Assembly: GCA_950097015.1 (NCBI GenBank)
Contig: CATNEN010000039.1
Span: forward strand, 16,492,001 to 16,556,000
Length of the DNA: 64,000 nucleotides
Reading direction: 5' to 3'
Origin: Macrostomum hystrix
Taxonomy: Eukaryota > Animalia > Platyhelminthes
Both the position numbers and the translations under genes were made by a program. The notes below the pieces were generated by a model. That model worked only from the letters and a program-made list of their open reading frames with translations, had not been told where the DNA came from and searched no databases. Below, piece by piece: positions 1-10,842 of the stretch. Every line of letters begins with the position of its first letter. Position 1 is the stretch's first letter.

Positions 1-3
1 CAG

Positions 4-2421
4 AACAAATTGTGGCCTCTCCATCACCTAACTAGACGCTGTTTAGCATCTTCTTTGTCTTCTTCAGCAAAGCAAGCATCAACAAGCCTGCCACCAACTG
101 TGGCCATTGTTGGCAGTGGGCCAGCTGCATTTTACACTGCACAGCAGCTGTTGAAGCTGCACCCAAGTGTGCAAGTAAGTTTGCTGATTGTTCAGCATGC
201 TATCAGCAATGTTTCTGTTTGTCAGACGTTTTCCTGTTTTGCATATACCCTATATGTCTAGTGGCTGCTAGTTGCATGTGTGTTTTTTAGCTGATTGTTA
301 CCTGTTAGGTGCTACCTGTTTGTCTCTTAGCTGCACCTGTGTCTCTGTCAGCTTCTACCTGTGTCTGTCAGCTGCTAGCTGTGTGTCTGTAAATGGATAC
401 CTGATCTGTGTGTTAGCTTCTGTAGGTGTAAATCATACTTGGCGCTCTCAGTTTAACCTAATTATAACTACTAAGCCATAATCATTTTAATTCATTGACA
501 TTGCACCTGGAACACGCCAGGTAGACCTACTGGAACGCCTGCCCGTGCCATTCGGCCTAGTCCGTTACGGAGTCGCGCCCGACCACCCGGACGTGAAGAA
601 TGTGATCACCGGTTTCACTAAGATCGCTCGTGATCCGCGTCTAGCCTTCTTTGGTAATGTCAGCGTCGGGTCCGACATCAGACTTCGTCAGCTACTAGAC
701 GCCTACACAGCCGTGGTGCTAGCCTACGGAGCTTCCAGAGCCAGACAACTCGGCATTCCCGGTGAGGACAGCCTGTCCAATGTGCTGTCGGCTAGGTATG
801 AAACTAGAATTTTCATTTACCTGTTTGATCGCGAACTAGAGCTTGAGTCCTATCCTATCCTATCTATCGTTTCAGAGACTTCGTCAACTGGTACAACGGC
901 TATCCTGGCGCCGAGAATCTCAGCGTAGACCTCGCCGCAGCCGAAACGGCGGTTATCATTGGCCAAGGCAATGTGGCTCTGGACGTAGCGCGCATCCTTC
1001 TGTCCAGTCCTGACAGGCTGCGGCGCACAGACACGCCCGAACCTGTGCTCAGGCGCCTAGCAGAAGAGTCCAATATTCGCCGGGTTCGTCTGGTTGGCCG
1101 GCGCGGCTTACTTCAGGCCGCCTTCACTACTAAAGAGTTCAGAGAGCTGGCCAATCTGGACGGTGTCGGCGTCCGTCTTGACGGCGCGCCTTTGGCCGCT
1201 GAACTAACACCAGAACTGCTAGCTGGGTTGCCTAGGCCAAGGCGAAGGCTGACTGAACTTGTGGGTGTTTTTGTGTGTTTTTTACTTGATGGTTCTTTTG
1301 TTCTGCACTCCCTTAGGCTGATTAAAGATAACCTTCTAGAATACTGCAACGCCCTTTGGTTTAATACATTTAGATTTAGGCACCTTAATCCCTGATTATC
1401 GCACCTTAATCCCTGATTATTGCACCTTAATCCCTGATTATTTCACCTTAATTCCTGATTATCGCACCTTAATCCCTGATTATTGCACCTTAATCCTTGA
1501 TTATTACACCTCAATCCCAGATTGTTGCACTTTAATCCCTGATTATCGCACCTTAATATTTTATTATCGCACCTCAATCCCTGATTATTGCACCTTAATC
1601 CCTGATTATCGCACCTTAATCCCTGATTATTACACCCTTATCCCTGATTATCGCACCTCAATCCCAGATTGTTGCACCTTAATCCTTGATTATCGCAGCT
1701 TAATCCCTTATTGCAGCTTAATCCCTGATTATCGCTCCTTAATCCCTTAATCTTTCAGGTGCTGAAGTCGGCCAACTCGGAATCAGCCGCTGTCATGCCG
1801 CGACAACTAACGTTGCACTTTCTTCTGTCACCCTTAGAGTTTCTGTCGTCGCCATTATCGCCAGATAGAGTTGGCTCCGTCAAGTTCAGCAGAAATGTTC
1901 AGTCGGTTCCCACTGCCGATCAAGTTAAATCATCTGCTAACTCCAGCTTCAGCCTAGACTGTGGCCTGGCTGTTGTTAGCGTTGGCTACGAAAATGTCGC
2001 CCTAGATCCTCTTATCCCAATGAATTCTCGCACCGGAGTTGTGGCCAACGACGAAGGCAAAGTGTCCGGCTTAGACAATGCCTACTGCGCCGGCTGGTTA
2101 AAAACCGGGCCCTCCGGTGTTCTTCTAAGCACAATGTCCGACAGTTTTCACACCGCTCAAAGATTATTAGACGATTTGAATTCCGGTAAATTATCTTCGA
2201 ATCAGTCGTCTAGGATCGGCAGAGTGGGCCTGGTGAAAGAACTGCGGTCTCGCGGCATCCGCTTCACCACCTTCGCCGACTGGGAGCGCATCGACGCCAG
2301 GGAGCAGAGCAGCGGCAGATCTTTGGGCAAGCCGCGCGAGAAGATCTTGTCTGTTAGCGATTTTCTGAAGGCGGCAGACAACGATAAAGCCAATTGTAGT
2401 ACAGGGAACAATGAGCAATAA
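4..2421 (+). CDS. FDXR: NADPH:adrenodoxin oxidoreductase (ferredoxin reductase), 5'-partial. Exons ~4-174, 521-795, 876-1260, 1759-2421
   Basis: Motifs [64 protein letters not shown] and GKPREK. The GT-AG boundaries join in frame. No ATG in the first visible exon, so the start lies upstream of the window. Confidence 0.95.
1380..1750. repeat. 21-bp minisatellite (GCACCTTAATCCCTGATTATC)n in FDXR intron
   Basis: Direct tandem copies visible. Confidence 0.95.
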
Positions 2422-4309
2422 CAATGCAGGGAATATTACTGACATTGTTAGTTTAAATAAAAGAATCGCCTCCCTGATGCATTTGTCCAGATTTTTTTAT
2501 CATTTTTAACTCCGACTTTAGAGTAGATCAGCATTATTCGGACTGTTTTGACACCTATAAAAAGTTTCCCACGGTGTTTTAGGCCAACGGTCTTCCACAG
2601 AGACACATTGATATTCGTCTTGTTACTTGCTAATTCATAAATACGAACGTAGTATTTAAAATTAAATTTCATTTTTAACGATACGATTTGCTTACCTACT
2701 GACTAAAGGCTTTACTTTGTAATTATGGCTTTTAGAATAATTATTACACGCTTAACTAATAATTGTCTGCGTATGACCACGAAGTCACGATGCTTGCATC
2801 ATTTGCTTAGCTACTCGGTTGAAAGAATTTTTTATCACATTTAATTAGTTTCTTAAAAGTTTATCGAGATTTAAAGCTCGCTCATCTTAAAAAGTGCTTA
2901 ATTGTTTAGAAAAAAAAATTTTTTAGGCCGCTTTAATTGCTGCATGTGATGCTTCACGTGACGCTCCTTCCGAGAAAAATCAGCTCAAAGTAAAATCAAT
3001 GAGCTTGCAAGCATGTGAAATTTATGGATCCTATAGTTGTATGCCCAGGGTGTGCTGCCAGTTTATTTTCTGAAATATAAATTCTGTTGAAATGCTGTAT
3101 TTTTTATAAATTTTAATTAGCTATGATGTGAGCTAAAACAATTATTCGTCCGCTTCATTAAGTTACAATCCAAGTCGGCTGGTTGCTAATTAAAAAGTTG
3201 CTATCAAGACTATAGGGGCCTACGCTTCCGTGCTCTGTCAACAATAATACAGTGTATCGAATGTGCACGAATAATCGTACGTTTTTTAGGCATGCAGCTC
3301 CGTATTAATGCAAATAAGCCAAAGCGACATCTGTACTGACTTTTTATTTTAGACGGGTTTATTACTATGTTTTTAGCAAAAAATATATAGTTTTTGTATC
3401 AGTTTTATCTCTTTAATTCTAAATCTAGCTTTTTACAAATGTATTTGTTTTTATAATTAATTTATAACATGCAATTAAGTGTAAACTTTTTAAAATGGTT
3501 CAGACGACGACGTGGCGGTGGGACTTTCTACGAATTTTAGTTATGTCTGTCATTTTATCCAGAGATAACACTTTACAGTAACTTTGTGAGTTAAAAATAA
3601 AGACGGAAGAAATTCAGAAAAACTGTTTCTTTTAATGAAGCAAAACGTACAGGGAATATATATGCTCAAAAATTCAAACGTTATTAGTAGTAACTTAACT
3701 TAGAATTTGGAGCCACTATGTTTAGTTGTTTCATATTCGTTTTTTTTAGGCCTATCAACAACATTGTGAAATTAGTGCTACAAGATTTAGCTTGTCATTA
3801 AGTTTTAGTCCCGATCAGATGATGCTTTTGAAACTTAAAGTTATTTATTTAACCTAAGTATTTGAGCCACTTATATACTGACTTATTTATACTGGCTGAT
3901 AATATATTGTGCTTTGTTCACAGGTCATGTCTAATAAAGAAATGTTAATTTAACTTAAGAACTAGCGATCTGAAATTTTTCTGTATATTTTTTCTTTGTA
4001 GTTTATCATGTGTTTATTTAGCTGGATTTTTTTTGCAACATAACAATTATTACCAAGGAAAAAGTAGGCATAGGCACATACATGCGCAACACCTGGCCGA
4101 CCCGGCCAATCCGGCCGGGTGACGAGCAGCCGAGCAAGGTAAGTCGCATAAATGGCCACCCAAGAAAAAAATCGGACAGAAAAAAAACGAGCGGAAAAAA
4201 AGAAAAGAAGGCAGGAAAAGGAGGAAAGCAGAGAAAGGAAAGAAGAAAGGAAGGAAAGCAAATGGGGAAAGAAGCAAAAACGTGACAAAATCTGCAATCA
4301 GAGGCAACT

Positions 4310-4470
4310 TAGTCGCATTCCAAGGGAAGTAAGTCGCAATCAGAGGGAAGTAAGTCGCAATCAGAGGGAAGTAAGTCGCATTCAGAGGGAAGTAAGTCGC
4401 AATCAGAGGGAAGTAAGTTGCATTCCAAGGTAAGTAAGTCGCAATCAGAGGGAAGTAAGTCGCATTCAGA
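4310..4470. repeat. 21-bp tandem repeat (GTCGCAATCAGAGGGAAGTAA)n
   Basis: About 7 copies. The core AAGTCGCA also occurs in the nearby inverted repeats. Confidence 0.9.
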
Positions 4471-5068
4471 TTTATTACAGTGCATTAAACTTATAGGGAT
4501 AGGAACTGAAGTTACTGAACTCAAAAAAGTCCACTCTGCAAGTCCAAATGTGAGTCTTCTATATTCTCCGCATCAGAAGTTGCAGTAGGTTGCTGTTGAC
4601 GACCTCCAGGAGCATCAGATCGCCAGTGACTCTTAAGCCAGTCATTTACATATTGATCTGGTTTAAAATACGGCTACAGTTTGCTTCCCGGCATACATTT
4701 GAAATTTGAATTTCTGGCACACAAGACCATTTTTCTGGCGTACAGTATGACACATTCGTGAGTATGGTGATGGTGATGTTGAGCCTCATGGTCTCCGGCA
4801 CCACTTGGAAGATCCGATTGGACAAGCAGGGAAGCAGCTTGACGGGCGACGCCACGCAGCTGACCTCACCAATTTCATTCACGCCGACGATCGAGTTGCC
4901 AGAGTGCACTCTGCTGCCAGCGGAAGACTAATTAGATGACGAGGCATTTTACTATTGCAACACAGTCATAGTTACCCCTGCCGTTTACCCAGAAAAAAAT
5001 TTTTGGGCATAGGTATGTATGTCGCATTTTTTTTTAAAAACGAAGTCGCATGGCCAGTGTAAATTTGG

Positions 5069-5896
5069 GAGGTTGCGCATGTATGCATAGGCATATTTTA
5101 CTTTGTTTTGCATAATTTTTTTCTTTTTGAAATTGCATGCCCTCATTAGGGAATATTGGAAAATAATGAAATGAACATAGAACAACAAATTGCAACAAGT
5201 TAAAATGGTCACTTGGTCAGTCATTCAGAAGAAAATCACAATGAGTAATAATGAGCCACCTAGGCCTAGTAGAGCATGGCACTAAATATGTTCTTTGGAT
5301 ATGTTCTTAGTCGAGGCCATAGGAACTCCTCAAGGTAAGCAACAAACAAGTCATCCAATGTCCCATGCATGTTGTAGAACTTTTGCTTGGCATGGCTCAT
5401 GTGCCCTAAATGGTGTTTGTGTACATTGTGGAATTGGCAGGGTTGATAAAGTGTCCCTAACCCTGCCAACAGGTCCACAAATGCATGGTGGTTCACAACT
5501 GCAACACAAACTGCTGTAATATTGGTAGGAGGGTGCCAACATTGCAATCCTAGACTACTGTCATCATACTACTGTGTACTGGTATTATGTTCCACCATGC
5601 CTAGAACCCAGTGACCCTCAGGCCAAGCTCCTTGATGGTACTTCCTATGCATGAACTTGCTTTTGTCCACTTCAACCTCCATTCTAGGCCCCCAAGTTGC
5701 ATTGGATGGTCCACTAGGTACTGCTAGCATATGTTGCAAAGGAACTGGAGCTAGTCAACAATGGTTTTAAATGAGACACCCAGCTGAGCAACCTGGTCTC
5801 GTCTTGTTCTCCAGGGACCAAAAGTCGGTGAGCTCCACTCTCTTGGCCAGTGGTATGGTGGTATTCAGTTATGATAGACCATACATGCGCAACCTC
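5069..5896 (-). mobile_element. Degenerate Merlin / ISXO2 (IS1595-like) DDE DNA transposon relic
   Basis: Minus-strand pieces translate as QLGVSFKTIVD*LQFLCNIC*QYL, EVEVDKSKFMHRKYHQG..GHWVLGMVE, GTLLPILQQ, VVNHHAFVD and MHGTLDDLFVAYLEEFLW. These match Merlin motifs (VEIDESKF..RKYHRG..WVFG, VNH..FVD, YL.EF.W). Stops and frameshifts present. Flanked by a 17-bp inverted repeat GAGGTTGCGCATGTATG (5069-5085 / 5880-5896). Confidence 0.8.
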
Positions 5897-8005
5897 ATTG
5901 CTCTATTTACGACTTAGTTTGCTCTCATTTGCTCTCTTTTTCTCTCCCCTTTTTCCTTTTCTTCACGCCTTCCTCTTATTGTCCCTTGGTCCCCCCTTCG
6001 ATTTTTTTACACTTCGTCGATTGGTTTTTGCGACTTACCTTGCTTGGCCCTCGTTTCATTCAACACCTCGGCCCTTGTCGGCTGGGTGTTGTGCATTTAT
6101 GTGATAGACTCATAGACTCATTCTCTGTTTGATTTGTGTCTATGGACATGACTTATAAATGAGTGTTAAAGAGCACTTACAGCAACATAGTTGCTCTATA
6201 TCCTTGTTGGCAAGCCACCAAATTGTAGCAATAGTGTTACATGTGGCCTTATCCAAAAGGTGAATGTTTACATTGACAAATCCAGTAACTCTGCTGCACC
6301 TCGTACCTCATTTGGTGGCAAAATCCAAGATAGGGCAGCTGGACAACTAGCCATGGCATGGAAATATTAGCAGTTAGTAAAATCAATATGCACTTATATA
6401 TGTTGCCCCTAGTCATCCCTAGCCCTAGCATGCAAAGCCCAAATATGTCTATATGGCACTTAAACCCAAAATCCATGTTAGCACTTAAAACCTTGCAAAG
6501 CTACATCAGCATATGTCTGTGATCCTTGCCACTTCATATTACACATCACTGTAGTTGCATGAATCAGTTTGAAAAATAATTTAGCAAAACTAAGTAAAAA
6601 ATTGCCAAAAATTAATCTAGTACCTATAGTTCAAACAAACTTTGAATTCTTCCTATCTTTTATTTTATTATGTGCATTGGTGCATAAAAATTATAACTTA
6701 TGAATTTAAAGAAAATAGGTTATTCTGCTGGCTATTGCTATTCCATAATGCTTTGTATTCTGTAGATAATGTACAACATCTGCTATAGTATAGATACTAT
6801 ATGATAATTAACTTAAGCACATGAATAACATTTGCCTGTCCTAGTCACAGAAATAACACTTTCTCTCAAATTCTCAATACTATATTGTGATGGCCAGACA
6901 ATACACAACTGGCAAATGCCAGTGTAGTTGCACTTACAACCTTTCTACCTCTGTAAAGTTGAAGTGGGTTGGGTGCACCCAGCCTATAGCCAACTTGCCA
7001 AGCCAGGAGGTTTTGCAAAGTCATACCACCTTTTTGCACTTCTCTAGTCCCGTTTATCTTATTACACTTTTTATCATGTAATACACAATTGTAAACAAAA
7101 GGCTTTCCACCTTAATATTTTAGTCCTTAACACCTTCATTTTTTTCTAGATAAATATTACAGGCTTATCACTAGGGCCTATATATCTCTCCCTATGGACC
7201 ATATGACTATAGGCTATGGTAACATATCACTTAGCACAAGCAGAATCACTTTTATTGCTCTTACTGACATTAAACTTGCAGGACATTTTCCATGGATTAG
7301 AGGTACACTGCCTCAAAAATCCAACTCAAAACTTCAACACCTCTCTGAGCTACTTACTCAATTATTGCTTATTTACTTTTTGCCACTCTGGCATGTTCAC
7401 TTATATACAAAAATATGGTTTGTTAAAATGAGTAAATTTCACAGAATATGCATTATATTTTATGTAATGATACTATTTAAGGAGTTAGATCAATAAACAA
7501 AAATATTGGCACAATTTTGATTCAAAGAAAAAAGCATCCATGCTACAAAAATAAAAAAAGATAATTACAGAAATCTTTATTTTTTAATATATAGCATTAG
7601 GGTCTTTTGGTAGTTAGAGTGATATAGAGTGATAAGTTAAATCTATATCAATTTAGATGTGTAATTCTAGATAGTAAACAAACTAGTGACTAGGCCTAGT
7701 GTGGAGTCTTTTGATTCTTTGATTCAGGTCAGCCTCAACATACATGTACATGTTATTGCCGATAATATGTCTAAGCTGTTTCAATTGTAGCTAGCTTGTG
7801 TAGTAGCTATGATGATTTTAATTGTTCTTTATAATAAAATCAAACCACAAAAAAGTAAAAAACTGAATTTTTGCTATTTCTCTGACTTAAGCATCTCCGT
7901 CTACAAACAATTTGTTTTTTTCTGATGCCTTGCACTTTCTTAAAAGTCAGTTTTATGTTTTTATGCAAAATCGCTTTGTTTTATAATTTTCAGGAAAATT
8001 AAGCC

Positions 8006-9026
8006 ATGCAGCCAGATGAACAGTTTGATTTCCAATTCAAAATTGTCATAGTTGGCGACATGAATGTAGGCAAGTCTTGCATTGTGCAAAGATTTAAAAC
8101 TGGGAGCTTCTGCGAAGATCAAGCTAGCACTATTGGAGTTGATTTCACAATGAAAACACTGCTGATTAATGGTACCAGAGTGAAGCTGCAGATTTGGGAC
8201 ACTGCTGGTCATGAACGCTTCCGCACCATAACGCAATCTTATTATCGATCAGCCAGTGCTGCCATCATTGCCTACGATATTACTAGAAGGGTAAGCTAAA
8301 TATTTGTTACAAGAAAGTGCATAAATTGTACGAAAACTGAAGAGGTTGTAGCCTAGTGGTTAGAGCATCGGACTCACGACTTAAAGGTCCGGAGTTCGAT
8401 TCCCGAGTCCACTGGAACCATGTGTGTCCTTAAGCAAGATACTTAACTATACATTGCTTCAGTTCACCCAGCTATTAATTGGGTACCAGCATTAGCTGGG
8501 GTAATTGAGAGTGAGTGTGGCGTGCCACCAGTCCATGGACTGAACAGCCGTACGCAGCCTTCAGATGCGCCGTGCAATAGCTGCGGCTGTGCTGTCGGCT
8601 GTATTATTATGGTTTGGAAACCATCTTATTGTGGTTTCTTTACTAAATATTTAATTTGAAAACCTGCAGGAGACTTTCAGCTCGCTGCCTCACTGGGTTG
8701 AGGATCTGAATCGGCACGCAGATGCTAACGCAATCCACATTTTGGTTGGTTGCAAATCGGATCTTGAGCAACACCGGCAGGTGTCTACAGTTGAAGGCGC
8801 CGAATTTGCCGATCGGTTAGAGATGCTAGCTCACCTAGAAACTTCAGCCAAGAACTATGCCGATGACAGTATTGATCGTCTGTTTACCACAGTGGCCGAG
8901 GAATTGCTTCAAAGGATTGATAATCCGTCGAATCTGCTGAACGATGGAAATCCGATCTCTTCTGCAGGTCAGGTTCGGATATCGATGACTCGTGGTCAAA
9001 ATGGATTCCTCTGCTGCTCTTCTTAG
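8006..9026 (+). CDS. RAB43: Rab43/Rab19-like small GTPase. Exons 8006-8290, 8670-9026
   Basis: [34 protein letters not shown](H)[19 protein letters not shown] and a C-terminal CCSS prenylation motif. The phase-0 GT-AG intron joins in frame. Confidence 0.88.
8342..8610 (+). mobile_element. tRNA-derived SINE (family 1) in the Rab intron
   Basis: tRNA-like head with A box TAGCCTAGTGG and B box GTTCGATTCC. Central TGTGTCCTTAAGCAAGATACTTAAC...CACCCAGCT...GGGTACC core and (TAT)n tail. Related copies at ~13915-13960, 35082-35240, 35286-35350 and 39480-39600. Confidence 0.8.
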
Positions 9027-9034
9027 TTGGAAAA

Positions 9035-9590
9035 CAGGAAATCCCAATTTAGGGATTTTAATGTTCGTAGCCAAATGGATCTTTTTCTGCTGATTGCTAC
9101 TTTGGAAAACTATGAAAAAATCCCATTTTGGGATTTCAGTGTGTCGTAGCCAAATGAGTATTCCTCTTCCAGATGCTATTTTTGGAAGAACAAGAAAAAT
9201 CCCATTTTGGGATTTCAATGTGTCGTAGCCAAATGAGGATTCCTCTTCTGCTATTTTTAGGAAAACATGGAAAATCCCATTTTGGGATTTCAATGTGTCG
9301 AAGCCAAATGAGGATTCCTCTTCTGCTATTTTTGGAAGAACAAGAAAAATCCCATTTTGGGATTTCAATGTGTCGTAGCCAAATGAGGATTCCTCTTCTG
9401 CTATTTTTAGGAAAACATGGAAAATCCCATTTTGGGATTTCAATGTGTCGTAGCCAAATGAGGATTCCTCTTCTGCTATTTTTAGGAAAACATGGAAAAT
9501 CCCATTTTGGGATTTCAGTGTGTCGTTGCCAAATGAGGATTCCTCCGCTGTTTTTCTTTTTATGGGAAAACTAAGAAAATCACATTTTGG
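9035..9590. repeat. 75-bp tandem repeat with internal hairpins, just after the Rab stop codon
   Basis: About 7 units containing AAATCCCA-TTT-TGGGATTT and GAGGA-T-TCCTC. A/B variants alternate. Confidence 0.9.
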
Positions 9591-9949
9591 TATTGGCTTT
9601 ACGAGTTATAGATTTCAACAAAAATTGGTCTTTTACTTAGACGAAAAAAGAATTTTCGCATTGTTCAGCATTTTTGTTTTCTACATTAAAATCGGATGTA
9701 ATCTATTTTTATGTAAATTGTGCTTGGTTTTGCATTGTACACAATGTATTTTGCCATTCAAAAGCAACCAAATTGATTTTTCGAGTATTAATTTTTATGT
9801 ACATCGCGTTAAAAAACTATTTTACACGTTTATTGTATTATGCCCAGTAATTAAGTCATTACAAAAAACATTGACTTCCAACAAAATGTCAAGATAAAAA
9901 CTTTGCGTACACATTTATTATTTTATTATTTTTCACTGTGGGCGGGCTA

Positions 9950-10700
9950 CTTCAGGGCCGCTCTTCCCCATTCCTTCAGTGCCGCTCTTCCCCATTCCTT
10001 CAGTGCCGCTCTTCCCATTCCTTCAGTGCCACTCTTCCCATTCCTGCGGGGCCGCTCTTCCCCATTCCTCCTGGGCCGCTCTTCCCCTTTCCTTCAGTGC
10101 CGCTCTTCCCATTCCTTCAGTGCCACTCTTCCCATTCCTGCGGGGCCGCTCTTCCCCATTCCTCCTGGGCCGCTCTTCCCCTTTCCTTCAGTGCCGCTCT
10201 TCCCCATTCCTTCAGTGCCGCTCTTCCCATTCCTTCGGTGCCGCTCTTCCCCATTCCTTCAGTGCCGCTCTTCCCCATTCCTTCAGGGCCGCTCTTCCCC
10301 ATTCCTCCGGGGCCGCTCTTCCCCATTCCTTCAGGGCCGCTCTTCCCCATTCCTTCAGTGCCGCTCTTCCCCATTCCTTCAGGGCCGCTCTTCCCCATTC
10401 CTTCAGGGCCGCTCTTCCCCATTCCTTCAGTGCCGCTCTTCCCCATTCCTTCAGTGCCGCTCTTCCCCATTCCTTAAGAGTTGCTCTCCTCCATTCCTTA
10501 AGGACTGCTGTCCTCCATTCCCTCAGGGCTGCTGTCCTCCATTCCCTCAGGGCGCTGTCCTCCATTCTCTCCGGGCCGCTGTCCTCCATTTCCTCAGGGC
10601 TGCTGTCCTCCATTTCCTCAGGGCCGCTGTCCTCCGTTCCCTCAGGTCCGCTTTCCTCCGTTCCCTCCGGGCCGATGTCCTCCTCCTCCAGCGTCCCTGA
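9950..10700. repeat. 24-bp minisatellite (TCTTCCCCATTCCTTCAGGGCCGC)n upstream of UGDH
   Basis: Tandem copies; same family as 11400-11825. Confidence 0.95.
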
Positions 10701-10807
10701 GGACGCCCAGGTTTTCTTAAGTCACCCTAGGTTCACCCTAATTGGACGGTATTCAACCGCATAGTTGTAACATCTGAACTTTTTTTCTGATTTCAGTTGT
10801 GCTCATT

Positions 10808-10838
<31 letters not shown>

Positions 10839-10842
10839 GCCA

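Noticed and set aside
2940-3540. Possible promoter (CACGTGAC E-box/CRE-like motif) for the downstream Rab cluster
   Set aside because: Short motifs alone are not sufficient evidence without TSS data.
8342-8415. Possible tRNA gene (Val-CAC-like)
   Set aside because: The acceptor stem does not pair well, and the sequence continues into a dispersed SINE body found elsewhere in the window.
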